A stretch of 64,000 bases of DNA, from NCBI GenBank assembly GCA_951406725.2, contig OX597818.1, forward strand, positions 125,116,001-125,180,000, written 5' to 3'. The DNA comes from Octopus vulgaris (lineage: Eukaryota). The translations under genes were made by a program, and so were the position numbers. The notes below the pieces were generated by a model, which had not been told where the DNA came from, did not search any database, and saw only the letters and a program-made list of their open reading frames with translations. This document shows, one piece after another, positions 10,881 to 25,018 of this stretch; positions within the stretch are counted from its first letter, which is position 1, and each line of letters begins with the position of its first letter.

Positions 10881-12028
10881 GATAGATACACTCACATACA
10901 GCTATTGAAACAAATTAATATTTATATATTCTGAATATGACGATTTTTCATGCCGCCCTGAGATAATGAATCTTCAGTGAATCTTCAAGTCTACGATAAT
11001 ATCTCACCATACATAGCTCAATGCTCCCATCTGTGTGTGTATGTGTGTCTATGATGTATCACATTTTAATAGATAATTCATCATCATATCTAAGCTTATA
11101 TCTGGCGTGTAAGATACACTAACTTTTACCGACCACACAGCAAATAAAACTTAACCCACAATCTCGTAATATTATTCTTTTATTCTTTTGATTTGATTTT
11201 TTAAATCATTTTACTTGTTTCAATCATTGGACTGCGGTTACGACTTGGCACCATCTTGTGAAGGGTTCAGTTAATCATGTAAACTCCAGAAGATGTTTCA
11301 TGCTTGGTACTTATTCTGTCGGGGCTCATTTTGTCGAATCGATAAATTGCGGGGACGTAAACAGATTAGCACCGGTTGCCAGACACGTACACACACACAC
11401 AGCTCTCTTTTGCACACACACACACACACACACACACACTCTCTCTCTCTCTCTCTTTCATACATTCTTTCTCTCTCCCGTACGCACTAAGATATACATA
11501 GGATCGTCTTCCGTGCAATTTCCATCAACCAAATTCACTTACAATTCGGGGCTTTGGTAGACGACACTTAGCCTCAGGATTGAATTCTAAACCACGTCGT
11601 TGGAAAGCGAGTCTCTTACCCACATTGCTGTATGTATGCATGTAATAAGCATATATTCTCTGCGCTCTAAGTTCAATTATCGCCAAGATAAACTTCAGCT
11701 TTAAATTCTTTCCCGGTCAATAAATAAAATACTAGTCCTGTACCCAAGTCGATTTTTCACTTTCTTTATATTTGTTTGTCTGTCTCCTTTTTTGGCTGAA
11801 GTCAGACCTGGAAAAGAATGAGCTTTGCTAGATCTAAAAATGCCCAAGAAACGTCGAATGTCACAATCACGCCTTCGGAACTCTATCAAAGAATTAAGTG
11901 ATCATAGATAAAGCAATTATACAAGATGTATAATTCTTTCAACTTCTGCCCACCAAACCCTTTCATAAGACTTTGGTCGGTCCAGGGCCATAGCAGAAGA
12001 CACTTGCCAACAAACTCTCAGAAATACT

Positions 12029-12248
12029 TATTTCTTTATTACCCACAAGGGGCTAAACACAGAGAGGACAAACAAGGACAGACATAGGTATTAAGTCGAT
12101 TACATCGACCCCAGTGCGTAACTGGTGCTTAATTTATCGACCCCGAAAGGATGAAAGGCAAAGTCGACCTCGGCGGAATTTGAACTCACAACGTAACGCA
12201 GACGAAATACCGCTAAGCATTTCGCCCGGCGTGCTAACGTTTCTGCCA
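12029..12248 (-). mobile_element. SINE-B
   Basis: Minus strand TGGCAGAAACGTTAGC...GAGTTCAAATTCCGCCGAGGTCGACTTTGCCTTTCATCCTTTCGGGGTCGAT...CCCCTTGTGGGTAATAAAGAAATA. Confidence 0.92.
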
Positions 12249-12824
12249 AGCTTGTCGACCAACGATTGTGCTTGAGCTTTTTTGAAATTTGGCACTGCTA
12301 ATCTGAGTCTATGGTAGTTACGCTTTTACGCTCACCGACATTTCTTTCTTCCCCTGTGGTATTACTATTACTTTCTGACTCTTTACGTTCTGAGTTCAAA
12401 TCTCACCACGGTCAAGTTATATTTTCATTCTCTCGGGTGCAATAAAATGAAATGCCATTGGAATATTAGTCTCACTATAAATCGACTGACTCATTTTCCT
12501 CAAAAGTTGCTGGCCTTGTGCCTTTATTAGAATAGACTCTACAGGCTTAACTCGTGTATTGTTATCAATATCAATGGTTGCTGTTTCTGCTGTTTCTGCT
12601 GCTGCCGCTACTACTACTACTACTACTACTACAAGCTCGTTACCGCGACCGGCAGTCCTGTCTCCACTACGACACCAATACCAGCACTCGTACCCGTACT
12701 CGCACCACCAGCAACGGTACCACCGCAACTACTGCTGCATTTACCAACCTCAGTGCCACATTGCCACCCCATTTCCTTTCACTAACGACATATCATTAGC
12801 CGGTAAAGAAGAAGTGATATACGA

Positions 12825-13028
12825 TATATACATATATATATCCATATGATATATAAATCACACGCATACGTATACACATATACATATATTCACATTGGTA
12901 TACGTACACATGCATTTATAAATATAAATTTAAATGTATACACATGTGCGTATATATATATGTTTGTGTGTGTATGTGTGTGTGCAGGTGTGTATGTATG
13001 TATATATCTATTAATGTATATATATATA

Positions 13029-13070
<42 letters not shown>

Positions 13071-13073
13071 CAA

Positions 13074-13106
<33 letters not shown>

Positions 13107-13242
13107 CGTACATACATATATATGTGTATTTATATATATATATATATATATACATATATTTTAAGAATATATATATATATACACATATATATAAACACAC
13201 ACACACATACACACACACACACATATATATATATATACACAA

Positions 13243-13303
<61 letters not shown>

Positions 13304-13345
13304 CATACATACATATATATACATACACACACACACACACACACA
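12825..13345. repeat. Compound (TA)/(CA)/(TG) microsatellite field
   Basis: Direct inspection. Confidence 0.95.
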
Positions 13346-13596
13346 TAATATGTGGAGTTAAATTACACGCTTCAGCGAATTACGTTACATATCTCTTATC
13401 TGAAACTAGCTGTCTTCTCGCTTACCCATCTGCCCGCCTTCTGCTTACCCTTCTGACCGCGTCCTGCCTACCCGCATATCCACAGCAACACTATCCGTCA
13501 ATTTATCCCCCACTATTCCACAGCAAAACCACATCAAACGTCATCGTAGTCAAGTCACCATTTATCACCACCCGAAATCAGAAATAAGACTGTCGT

Positions 13597-13772
13597 CACT
13601 ACCGCCACCACCACTACCGCCACCACCACTACCGCCACCACCACTACCGCCACCACCACCACCACCACCACCACCACCACCACCACCACCACCACCACCA
13701 CCACCACCACCGCCACTACCACCACCACCACCACCACCACCACCACCACAACACACCACCACCACCACCACC

Positions 13773-13838
<66 letters not shown>
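13597..13838. repeat. (ACC)n/(ACT)n microsatellite
   Basis: Direct inspection. Confidence 0.95.
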
Positions 13839-13839
<1 letters not shown>

Positions 13840-14087
13840 ACGAGTCAAAGAGTCAAAGATGGAGTCTCTATGTTCTCACCCGATCTGCTAGATCTTACCC
13901 TACCGTGACAAATAAAAAATAAATTAGGACAATGTAATTGCTGGAAAGCCCCTACAAAGACGGGATGGTCACGACTGGAATGCTTTGGTCATTGGCTTGC
14001 TCAGTCAAGGTAGGACTTAGGGATAAATAAAACCAACGAAACCAGTCCTCGCTGTCATCATCACCATGAACATGAACATCATTGTAT

Positions 14088-14300
14088 CTTTTATTTTATC
14101 TTTTCGTTGTTTCAGTTATGAAACTGCGACCATGCTGGGGCACTGCTTTGAATTTTTTATAGCCTGGTACTTATTCTATCTATATCCTTTGCCGAACCGC
14201 TAAGTTACGGGGACGCCAACACATCAACAGCAGTTGTCAAACGGTAATGGGGTGCAAACATAGAAAAACACACACATAGATACACAGACATACACACACA
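14088..14300 (-). mobile_element. SINE-A, degenerate 3' half
   Basis: GTTTCAG...CCATGCTGGGGCAC...GCCGAACCGCTAAGTTACGGGGACG. Confidence 0.75.
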
Positions 14301-14313
14301 CATTATATATATT

Positions 14314-14486
14314 CGCCATGATAGATCGCTAGCCACTACACTTTCTTTATTTTCTCTCCTTGTTTCTTTCTGTGGAAGAGCGTAGGCTCGAAATGTTAAA
14401 GACTTTTTCACTTCCCGAGCGTTAAACTAATACATCTGTTTGTTGTCTACACCACCAGTCTTCGTCTTTTTTAGTGAATTCTCCCT
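14314..14486 (+). mobile_element. Short repeat with hammerhead-like motif (Penelope-like remnant)
   Basis: Homologous to 49803-50003; contains CTTT-CTGTGGA-A-GAGC-GTAG-GCTC-GAAA-TG-TT-AAAG; short TA runs on both sides. Confidence 0.6.
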
Positions 14487-15218
14487 ATATATATGCGCCT
14501 GTCTTAATCATTATATCTAACACTCACCAGTATCAGCTCAATAAAGTCCTCAAGATGTTCCGTCTATAACATCCTGCTTCTAAAATGTTCCACACAGTTG
14601 GTACTTTTACGTGGTCGTACGCTCAGTAGAAAAAATAATGTTCATTCAAATTAAATTATGCCGCCCTGAAGAAAGGTAAGTCACATCGAATAACATTGTC
14701 CTAAATGAACAAAAGGACAGGATGGCCACACCTTGTTCGACAGTGGTCACAAGTTTGCTTAATCAGAGCCAACCTAAACAGCATCAGTTATTGTGTTTTA
14801 TCCTACTGGATCGCTGGATCTATGATCTTTATTTTTACAACACTATATTATAAATCTCTAATCGCATTTGGTTTTCAGTTGTGCTCAGTGGATTCCTGAT
14901 ACTTTTCGAGTCGATACGCAACAAAGGTATCGGAAGCGATACCAAGAGCCGCATAGTATGACCCTTACAATAACACCATAATACTGTTTCTACGGAGCTT
15001 GTCCTTACCGTTCTGGGTTTTCTTCTTCCATTCTTTTCTGTTCTTCTCTTTTATTCTTTTTCTCGAAGAAGCACTATCCGAAACTTTGAATACTATTTTA
15101 TCATTATTTTTTTGTTTGTTTCTTTTAATTTCTTCTTTACTGCATAAAACTATAAGCTAAACACTATGAAGTCTTGTGTTTTTCTTTTTCTTTTTATTTC
15201 GTGCCTGATATCGTTTCA

Positions 15219-16115
15219 GTGAAGGCGCGTGGCTAGGTGGTTAGGGTACTCAGTTCGTGATCGTATGGTCGTGAGTTCAATATACGGCAGCGTGTTGTGT
15301 CCTTGTGCAAAATACTTGATTTTTATTTCACGTTGATCCAGTCAACTCAGTTGTCAAAAGTGAGTTGTACCTATAGTTGAAAGGGCCTATCTTGTTACAT
15401 TCTGTGTCACACTGAATCTCTCTTTTCCAGCAGATGATGATATGGAAAAGATTTTCTAATTAGAAAGGGTATGGCCTGGTCAGCCTGTAATGACATGCAT
15501 AAGATCTAGTCATCAAATCTAAGTAGAGACTTCAAACTTGAAATCTTCAAAGCCACAGTCGAACCAATTCTACTATATGGCTCAGAAACCTGGACGTTAT
15601 CAAAGAAGCTTGAGAGGCGGTTGGATGGAACCTACACTCGCCTCCTTATGAGAGCTCAAAATCTCTCGTGAAAGTGTCATCCAACCAAAATGCAAATATA
15701 TGGGAAACTACCACCTTTGTCATCTCTTGTGAAAGGTAGGAGAGTCCAGTTTGCTGGACATTGTTGTAGAGCTGAAAACGAGGCAATGTCTGCTCTTCTC
15801 CTATGGAAGCCATCTACTCGCAATACCAGAGGGCGCACACTCTCCTACCCTGATGTAATCTCCAGGGATACAGGCATCCAGCAACAGGACCTCCGTAATG
15901 CCATGATGGACCGTGAAGTCTGGCGTAGTATGGTAAATTCCATTGTCTCGGCCACGGTCGAACAATGATGATGATGATGAATCTCTCTGAAAACTACGTT
16001 AGGAGTACGTATGATTGTGGGATTGCTCAGCTACTTGAACGTTAGTTTCTTGAGCAGGCTGTTACGTTGATCGGATCAACTGGAACCCGCGTCGTCGTAA
16101 CCGACAGAGTGCCAG
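15219..16115 (+). mobile_element. SINE-D (tRNA head, CORE-like middle) split by an RTE insertion
   Basis: Head GTGAAGGCGCGTGGCTAGGTGGTTAGGG, middle TTGTGTCCTTG...TTTCACGTTG.TCCAGTC.ACTCAG; resumes after 15988. Confidence 0.75.
15424..15977 (+). mobile_element. RTE-clade LINE 3' fragment with (TGA)n tail and 11-bp TSD
   Basis: Translation includes KATVEPILLYGSETWTL...RRVQFAGHC...DREVWR; TSD TGAATCTCTCT at 15413-15423 and 15978-15988. Confidence 0.9.
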
Positions 16116-16373
16116 ATATCTTTTCTCTAGTTATTTTACGATACGGACTCGAACTTCGATATCATCTAGAATCTCGGATAAAACCTTGTTCGGATTACAC
16201 AGGATCTAAGATTATATGCTATCCTCAGATTCTTACACTATAATTCAGTGTTCAAATGGAAAGCAGTTCAGTTAATTGACCAGCCCGAATGTTCATAATC
16301 GTAACAAATTGAGACCCATTATTTAGGTGTGGGGAAAGTAGTGTCAGTGAAGAAACAAGTGGTGGCTGTAATA

Positions 16374-17017
16374 TTGGTTTCGAATTTAGGCACATGACCA
16401 GGAATTTAGGGGAAGGGTATAAGTTGATTACATCAACCCCAATGCTCAACTGGTACTTATTTTAAGGTGACCAGCTGGGAGAAATGTTAGCACGCCGGGT
16501 GAAATGCTTAGCGGAATTTCATCTGCCGCTACGTTCTGAGTTCAAATTCCGCCGAGGTCGACTTTGCCTTTCATCCTTTCGGGGTCGATTAGATAAGTAC
16601 CAGTTACGCATTGGGGACGATATAATCGACTTAATCCGTTTGTCTGTCCTTGTTCGTCCCCTCTGTGTTTAGCCCCTTGTGGGTAGTAAAGAAATAGGTA
16701 TTTCGTCTGTCGTTACATTCTGAGTTCAAATTCCGCCGAGGTCGACTTTGCCTTTCATCCTTTCGGGGTCGATTAAATAAGTACCAGTTACGCACTGGGG
16801 ACGATATAATCGACTTAATCCGTTTGTCTGTCCTTGTTCGTCCCCTCTGTGTTTAACCCCTTGTGCGGTAGTAAAGAAATAGGTACTTATTTTATCGACT
16901 CCGAAAGGATAAAGAACAAAGTCGACGTCGGCGGAATTTGAACTCAGAACGTAAGGAAGGACGAAATGCCACTAAGCATTTTGCTCGATGTGCTAACAAT
17001 TTTGGCAACTTGCCGCC
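16374..17017 (-). mobile_element. Older SINE-B-related copy interrupted by a young SINE-B dimer
   Basis: The two halves join at GGTACTTATTTTA into a continuous minus-strand SINE. Confidence 0.8.
16465..16881 (+). mobile_element. SINE-B partial tandem dimer with 13-bp TSD
   Basis: Unit 1 16465-16696, 5'-truncated unit 2 16697-16881; TSD GGTACTTATTTTA at 16452-16464 and 16882-16894. Confidence 0.9.
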
Positions 17018-17432
17018 TTAATGACGGCTATGATATTAATAATGGAAATTTTAGCTGGGACGATGGAGTTGCAGTTGATGCGGACAATACAGCAGCTTAC
17101 ATTACAAACACGTTCACATACACACGCGCGCACACACAAACACACACACGCGTGCACGCGCGCGCACACACACGCACTTACACACGCGCACAGACGCGCA
17201 TGTAAACACGTTCTAACTGTGGGAGAATAATAGAGTGTGATAGGTATGTGCTTGTAGAATAGAAATATATAAACACAGTGATATATAAATATGTTCAAAC
17301 ATGCATGCATACATCACACACACACACACACACACACAGATATGCATATATATGTATGTGTGAACACGTATGTATGTGTATGTATATATATATGTGTATA
17401 TATATATATACACACACACACATATATATATG

Positions 17433-17510
<78 letters not shown>

Positions 17511-17535
17511 ATGTATATATATATATATATGTATG

Positions 17536-17568
<33 letters not shown>

Positions 17569-18580
17569 ATGTATACATATACGTATATTTATATGTACTT
17601 GTATATATATATGTATATATATATAGGCCATATCATTTTTATTGACAGAACCCCCGTCATTAAAGAAAGTCTCAATCATGTCTGTACAGTGTTAACCATA
17701 ACCTGAGGCTGGCTGAATATCAGATATGTAGTTACACTAGGGTGGTTTTATAGCCTAGTGGCGCCACTAGTCCGACAATATAAATGCTATCAACGAAATA
17801 GTCGCCTTGTATATTCGCTGTGCATTCACAGTCTGTCAATGTTCCGCATATGCAACGCGGTTTCAATTCCTATTTGGAAATTACTTCTAGTACTTTTTGA
17901 CGAAATGTGAAAACATTATTTATTTCTTACTCTTCCGAGTATGAGGCATTGTGCTTATAGAGGCGGTGGTTGAAGGTTACTGAATATTACAGATCGGATT
18001 GTGTAGATCACACTACTCATGGGTAAGATTCCACCCTGCAATCAAATTTGAATCCTCATCCAGTGATGAAGTCTCAAAAAAATTTGATAAAACATACATA
18101 CATACACACACACACAGACAACCCATCATACCCCCCCCCCCATATGTGTATAACACATCTCTGGAAACAGTTATTAACCTGTATGCAAAATCTAAGAAGT
18201 TTCTCGCTTTTAATCTCGAGTGCTAAACTACTAACGTTTGGTAGTTACCTTTATCGGTCTCTTTAGCCAAACTACTAGATTGTGGACGTAGGTAAAACGT
18301 AGGTAAAGGGGACGTAGGTAAAACGACACTGATTGTCGCTCGGTGGTTAGGGGACAAACACAAGCACAAAGAAGAAGCACACACACACACACACACACTC
18401 GAACGCACGCACATACACACACGAGCGCGCGTGCACTTACACTTACCATGAATATCTTCTAGAGTAATTGTTTTCATTTTAATGATATGTCTCTCTTCAT
18501 ATAAAAATTATTTTATAATTATCGCTTATATCATGCTGCCAATTCATGCCAAAATTACGACCAAGAAGAAATTTTATCGA

Positions 18581-18820
18581 GTTTTTAATAAGTAAAAAAA
18601 AGGTTCTTAATAAAAGTTCTTAATAAGTAAAAATAGTTCTTAATAAAAGTTCTTAATAAGTAAAAAAAAGGTTCTTAATAAAAGATCTTAATAAGTAAAA
18701 AAAGTTCTTAATAAAAGTTCTTAATAAGTAAAAAAAATTTCTTAATAATATTTCTTAATAAGTAAAAAAAAAGTTGTTTATAAAAGTTCTTAATAAGTAA
18801 AAAAGTTCTTAATAAGTAAA
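18581..18820. repeat. AT-rich minisatellite, ~34-36-bp unit, ~7 copies
   Basis: GTTCTTAATAAGTAAAAAAAA(G)GTTCTTAATAAAA repeated. Confidence 0.9.
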
Positions 18821-18904
18821 AACAAAACAAAACAACAACAACAACGTTATGTGAATTTTAAGCAACATTTCCTTATGATTCCTTGATTTGAAATTGAAGT
18901 TTCT

Positions 18905-19420
18905 AGTACTTCCAAGACAAAGATCCAGTCTTTAGTTGGCTTCTTGGGGGACTCTAATTCGTTGGTCTCTGTTGTAGGCAAGAATCTCGAAGATATTGGA
19001 CCGCTTCACTTGTCTCAGAAGTGAAATTCATAGTGGTATTAGCTGCGAGTCTGAAGCCTAAAAAGGCTTAGACGAGCTGGTGCAGCTGTATACTCATTGG
19101 ACAAGAGTGTTTGGTGCTTCCTATATATCTGAGCAGAAGGACAAAGGATGGAATCTTTGGGTCTGTGGACTCCCCTGTCCTGCTCTATAGCTGCGAGACT
19201 TCAATATTGTCTGGGGCCCTTAGGAGCCACCTGGACTCCGTTGGTACCAGGATGCTTCACAGGATTATGGGTTACCATTGGTCGGATTTCGAATCCAACC
19301 AATGACTCTACTCAGAAACTGGGATGTGTCCTGTTACTTGTATAATTCGGGTGCGCCAGTTCAGATTGTTTGGTCATATTCTCTTTATTGGGGATCTGGT
19401 TCGGTTGACGGTTAGTGTTG
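18905..19420 (+). mobile_element. Degenerate RTE-clade LINE fragment
   Basis: Frames give KTKIQS, PVLLYSCET, RIMGYHWSDF and RQFRLFGH motifs of RTE C-terminal regions. Confidence 0.7.
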
Positions 19421-20615
19421 GTCAACCACATGCCACATAGTCGCTGCAGATTAGGAGGTATCTTGCAGAGATGGAAACCCGACCTGATTATCTCCTTTGT
19501 AATTACTGCGTTCACCAGGGTAAAGACAGGAATTTAATAGAACTTATATATTTTCCCTTGCTTTGGGTTCTCATTCCTCGATGAAGACGTAGGGACACCG
19601 CCCTGGCGTATGACATGTTTGGGGAATTTTTAGACCTGGTGAAATTCATCCATCACTAAGCATGATCACGACCAATTTCTCCCTTAAAGAGTGATTGGCG
19701 GGGAGAAGAGAATCGACCCTGTACAGGACTGGTATTTTATTTCACACTGATGACATGATGAAGAGCAAAACTGATCTCAAAATGCAATAGGCCAGAACTA
19801 GTACGGAGACTGTAAGGGAATTTACCATACGTTCTAACGACTTATCTAATTTGCTGCTTTAAGTCACGTCTCTGAATTTGTAAAAATAAAAAGTTAATTA
19901 TATTTCATCCCCATAGATTCTTATGTACTTAGAATTTTCTCTGGTACTTAAAAAGTTTCCTAATATGTCATTGAACGTTGATGCAATAATATGAGCATAA
20001 GTGAGGCCTGTTTGCAGCCATTGAACTAGTTAGAAATAAAATTCATTATCTCTTTCAAATCACATCCTACTTTCATTAAAAAAGGCAAAACATTAGATAA
20101 TATATTTCTGCATACACTGTCTGAAAACAAGATAAGATAGGGATGATTGGAATATTTTTGATCAATCAAGTTTAATCTGGAGCTAAACATCAAGGACCTG
20201 AGAAACATCAAAAAAGTTTTATAATGAGATCCCACCATTAATTCCTTGTCGAATGAATCCCACTTCTTCCGCTTTCCCCGCTGATGCTTTCAAGAAAAAG
20301 ATACCCATGTCTCAGAACCCCACATAAGATCGTGTATCAGGTCAAAGGAAATAATTATTAGGGTGTTGGAGGTGGGCAAGTACGAATACTGTAAGAAAAT
20401 CTCAACTTCTGATGAGCTGTATCTGTAACCAGAAAGTTTCAAGTCCACTTGAAATCTTTTCATTTTCTTTATGTTGTCTCGACGCCCTCGAGGAGCATTA
20501 TTATCATATAATTACATTTTCCACTTCTTTTACATATTTGAGACCCTTAATTTTGTGAACAACAGAAGGCACCATTTGTGTTAGCTTTGACTACATATAG
20601 AATTGGAACAATGCC

Positions 20616-20843
20616 TATTTCTTTACTACCCACAAGGGGCTAAACACAGAGAGGACAAACAAGGACAGACAAACGGATTAAGTCGATTATATCAACCCCA
20701 GTGCGTAACTGGTACTTATTTAATGGACCCCGAAAGGATGAAAGGCAAAGTCGACCTCGGCGGAATTTAAACTCAGAACGTAACGGCAGAGGAAATACAG
20801 CTACGCATTTCGCCCGGCGTGCTAACGTTTCTGCCAGCTCGCC
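20616..20843 (-). mobile_element. SINE-B, near full length
   Basis: Same head, core and tail as 12029-12248. Confidence 0.92.
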
Positions 20844-21116
20844 GAAATAATTACCAAGAGCATTGCTTGATTCTTGCGAAGGTATATATCTGGAATTCTG
20901 CGTTGAGCTTGTGGGATGTCGAACGAAAGGAACTTTCTCCCTTGGCCTATAACTCCTATTAGAGACGTTGGAATGGTATCGCAATATAGGGGCGACTTAG
21001 ATATATTCAGTCTGGAAGGATCCATGCCTCTGCAGACCTCACCTCCAGAGAAAGAAAAAAATACAGAAAACGAAGAAAAAGCAGAAGAAAAAAAAACAGG
21101 AAGAGAAAAATCCTGA

Positions 21117-21370
21117 TGTGTGTGTGTGTGTATGTGTGTGTGCGTTTGCAAGCGTGCCTGCGCGCTTTTGTTTGTACGTGCATATGTGTATAAATGTTTG
21201 TGTATATATATATGTGTGTGCATGTACATATATATATGTATATGTGTGTGTGTGTGTGTGCGTGTGTGTATATATGAGTGTGTTTATGTATGCATGTATA
21301 TATGTATATATATATGCATGTATATATGTAATATATATATGCATGTATGCATGTATATATGTATATATAT

Positions 21371-21414
<44 letters not shown>

Positions 21415-21436
21415 TATATATATATATATATATATA

Positions 21437-21499
<63 letters not shown>

Positions 21500-21694
21500 G
21501 CATGCATATACACACACAAACGCACACAGTATGCACACATATATAGTCAAGTGGTTTGGATAATATAGATATATGTCTTGCATCGCCAGTGCAAGAGACT
21601 GTAGGTGAACCATGGACCTTTTCACTGATAACCTGTGCCCAAGTGATACAGTAGTTTGTATTTACGCGTACACACACACTTTAATGTGTATGTC

Positions 21695-21740
<46 letters not shown>

Positions 21741-21764
21741 CACACATACGCATGCACACACACA

Positions 21765-21821
<57 letters not shown>

Positions 21822-21890
21822 GCGCATATATATAATATGCATACAGCCATACAAATATGTGAATGTGTGTATGTGTATATATACGTACGT
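21117..21890. repeat. Compound (TA)/(TG)/(CA) microsatellite field
   Basis: Direct inspection. Confidence 0.9.
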
Positions 21891-22077
21891 AAGACGACCC
21901 AATCATGGCATTTTGAACATACCAAGAGTTATTTCCTATTTACGTGGCTTGTACGACGCCTTAAAACAGCCAACCATAACGCTGATAACGCCCAAAACTA
22001 TACTCAAAACATCTATAAACCAAGACCTCTATTCCTATTATGTTTCTTTAATAATCTTACATACCAATACATTTCTG

Positions 22078-22529
<452 letters not shown>

Positions 22530-22539
22530 TTCTCTCAGA

Positions 22540-22872
22540 CATGGCTGTGTGGTAAGAAGCTCGCTTCCCATCCATATGGTTCCGGGTTCAGTCCCACTGT
22601 GTGACACTTTGGGCAAGTGTCTCCTACTATGGCCTCGGGTGGACCAAAGCTTTGTGACTGGATTTGTTAGACGAAACTGTTTTAGTCATGAGAATGCGGC
22701 CATGCTGAGGCACCACCTAAAATAATTTTCGGCCGAATCACTCGACCCTCCAGTACTGATTTCTTTTTAAAACCTGGTACTTGTTCTATCGGTATCTTTT
22801 GCTGAAACGCTAAGTTACGAGGATGTATACACATCTACACCGGTTGTCAGCGGTGGTGGTGCACAAACACAA
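22540..22872. mobile_element. Degenerate SINE-A 5' half (+) abutting a SINE-A 3' half (-)
   Basis: 22540-22680 head on +; 22680-22872 reverse-complement tail. Confidence 0.7.
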
Positions 22873-23297
22873 ATATGCATGTATGTATGCATGTATATAT
22901 GTATGAATATTTGTATACATGTATGTATGTCATTCAGTTTTATTTCAAGATTTGTTGCCAAGATTTGTTGTCAAAGAGTCGGTCTCTAACCCAGATCCGA
23001 GGCTCCTACATTGGAATTTCCACAAAAGCAACAGGGTATGTATGTATGTATGTATGTATGTATGTATGTATGTATGTATGTATGTATGTATGTCTGATGT
23101 ATGTATGTATGTATGTATGTATGTATCTATGTATGTATGTATGTATGTACGTATGTATGTATGTTTGTGTGTATGTATGTATGTATGTATGTATGTATGT
23201 ATGTATATATGTATTTATGTATGCATGTATGTATGTGTGTGTATGTATGCATGTATATATGTATGTATTTTTTTCTTTTGTGATGCTGCGTATGTAT

Positions 23298-24596
23298 GTT
23301 AGTTAGTTAGTTAATTTGGCTCAAAAGCAAATAGCAAGGCCATGTAGGGGGACATGGAGTTAAGTACAGGGTGGTGTTCATGTAAAGAGTTCAGGCCACT
23401 TGAGGTCAAGGGAGGCTTTGAACAAAGCGGTCGTCGGCATCTTCACCATCTCGTCTGGCAGCTTGTTCCACGGATCCGCAACCCGGACGGAGAAAGCTCC
23501 TCTCCTTCGATTGAGATGAAATCGTCGCAGGTAGAGCTTTTCGGAATGACCCCGCAGCCGACGCTCTGGAGCAGGAGTGAAGAACAGCTCTTTCGAGAGG
23601 TTACACTTTCCGCTTATGATGGGCGAGAATGAGATCACCACGGCGGCGGCGTTTTTCAAGAGAATAAAGGTCGAGCGTCCTCAGCCTTTCTTCATAGGAC
23701 AAATTTTTGAGACCGTGAACCATGCGAGTAGCCAGCTTCTGGACTCTTTCGAGATGCTGTATGTCTTTGAGGAGATAAGGAGAAGAGGCTTGAATCCCGT
23801 ACTCCAATATGGGTCTCACCAGCGTGACATAGAGTGGTAGGAATATGGCTGCTGTGAGCATTCCGAATGACCGTCGAATCAAGAACAGAATTCCGCGTGC
23901 TTTGTTGGCAGCATGGACGCACTGGGCCGAAGGCGAAAAGGAGGAATCCACCAAGATACCCAGGTCCTTTACCTGATCGGTCCTCTCCAGCAGCAAACGA
24001 CCCGGCTCGAAATCAAGTTGAGTTGCAGGAGGAGAGCCAACAGGCAGATGACAGCACTTTGACACGTTCAGACACAGGTCCCATTCGTTAGACCACTTCC
24101 AAATTTGGTGGAGGCATCGACGAAGATCCTCTATATCACCGCGAGGAGCGACCAGTTTGATATCGTCGGCAAATAGAAGGGTGTGTTGCGTGAGGTCGTC
24201 GGGCAAGTCATTTATGAAGACTAAGAACAACAAGGGCCCAAGCACTGAACCTTGAGGCACGCCACTGCTCGCACTGGAGACGTCGGACCGCGAACCATTA
24301 ACTTGGACTTGGAAGGAGCGATCTGAGAGGAAGGCACCAACCCATCGTACAATATCCGGATGGAAACTATATGCTTGAAGCTTGACAAGTAATAGGCGGT
24401 GGTTTACCGAGTCAAAAGCTTTGGCAAAGTCCAATAAAACGATGTCAACAGCATCACTATCATCGAGGATGCGCGTCACCAATTCTTCCATTACCAGTAA
24501 GTTGGTCAAACATGATCTCTTCGGCACGAAGCCGTGTTGGGAATCAGAGATAGAGGCTGTGTTTTGGAGGTGGAGCATCATACTTTTCTTAAGGAT
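23298..24596 (-). mobile_element. CR1-group LINE, 5'-truncated, young
   Basis: ORF 23601-24638 has QHGF, DFAKAFD, GVPQGSVLGPLLF, FADD, RPILEY, LERVQ and RRRRGDL; one frameshift near the C-terminus; (TAAC)n tail. Confidence 0.95.
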
Positions 24597-24703
24597 ATAT
24601 ATGTATATATGTATGCATACATGTATGTATACATGCATGTATTTATGTATGTATGTATGTATGTATGTATGTATGTATGTATGTATGTATGTATATGTGT
24701 ATG

Positions 24704-24864
24704 TAGTGTTGTGTCTCTGTAAGTATATGTGGTGTAGCTGTATACAAGTATATATATATATATACTTGTATACAGCTACACCACATATACTTGTATGTAT
24801 GTATGTATATGTGTATGTAGTGTTGTCTCTGTAAGTATATGTGGTGTAGCTGTATACAAATATA

Positions 24865-24900
<36 letters not shown>

Positions 24901-24978
24901 TGTATGTATGTATGTATGTATGTATGTATGTATGTAGTGTTGTGTCTCTGTAAGTATATGTGGTGTAGCTGTATACAA

Positions 24979-25018
<40 letters not shown>

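Noticed and set aside
18581-18820. ~35-bp periodic array resembling CRISPR spacing
   Set aside because: No unique spacers, no cas genes, eukaryotic context; it is an ordinary minisatellite
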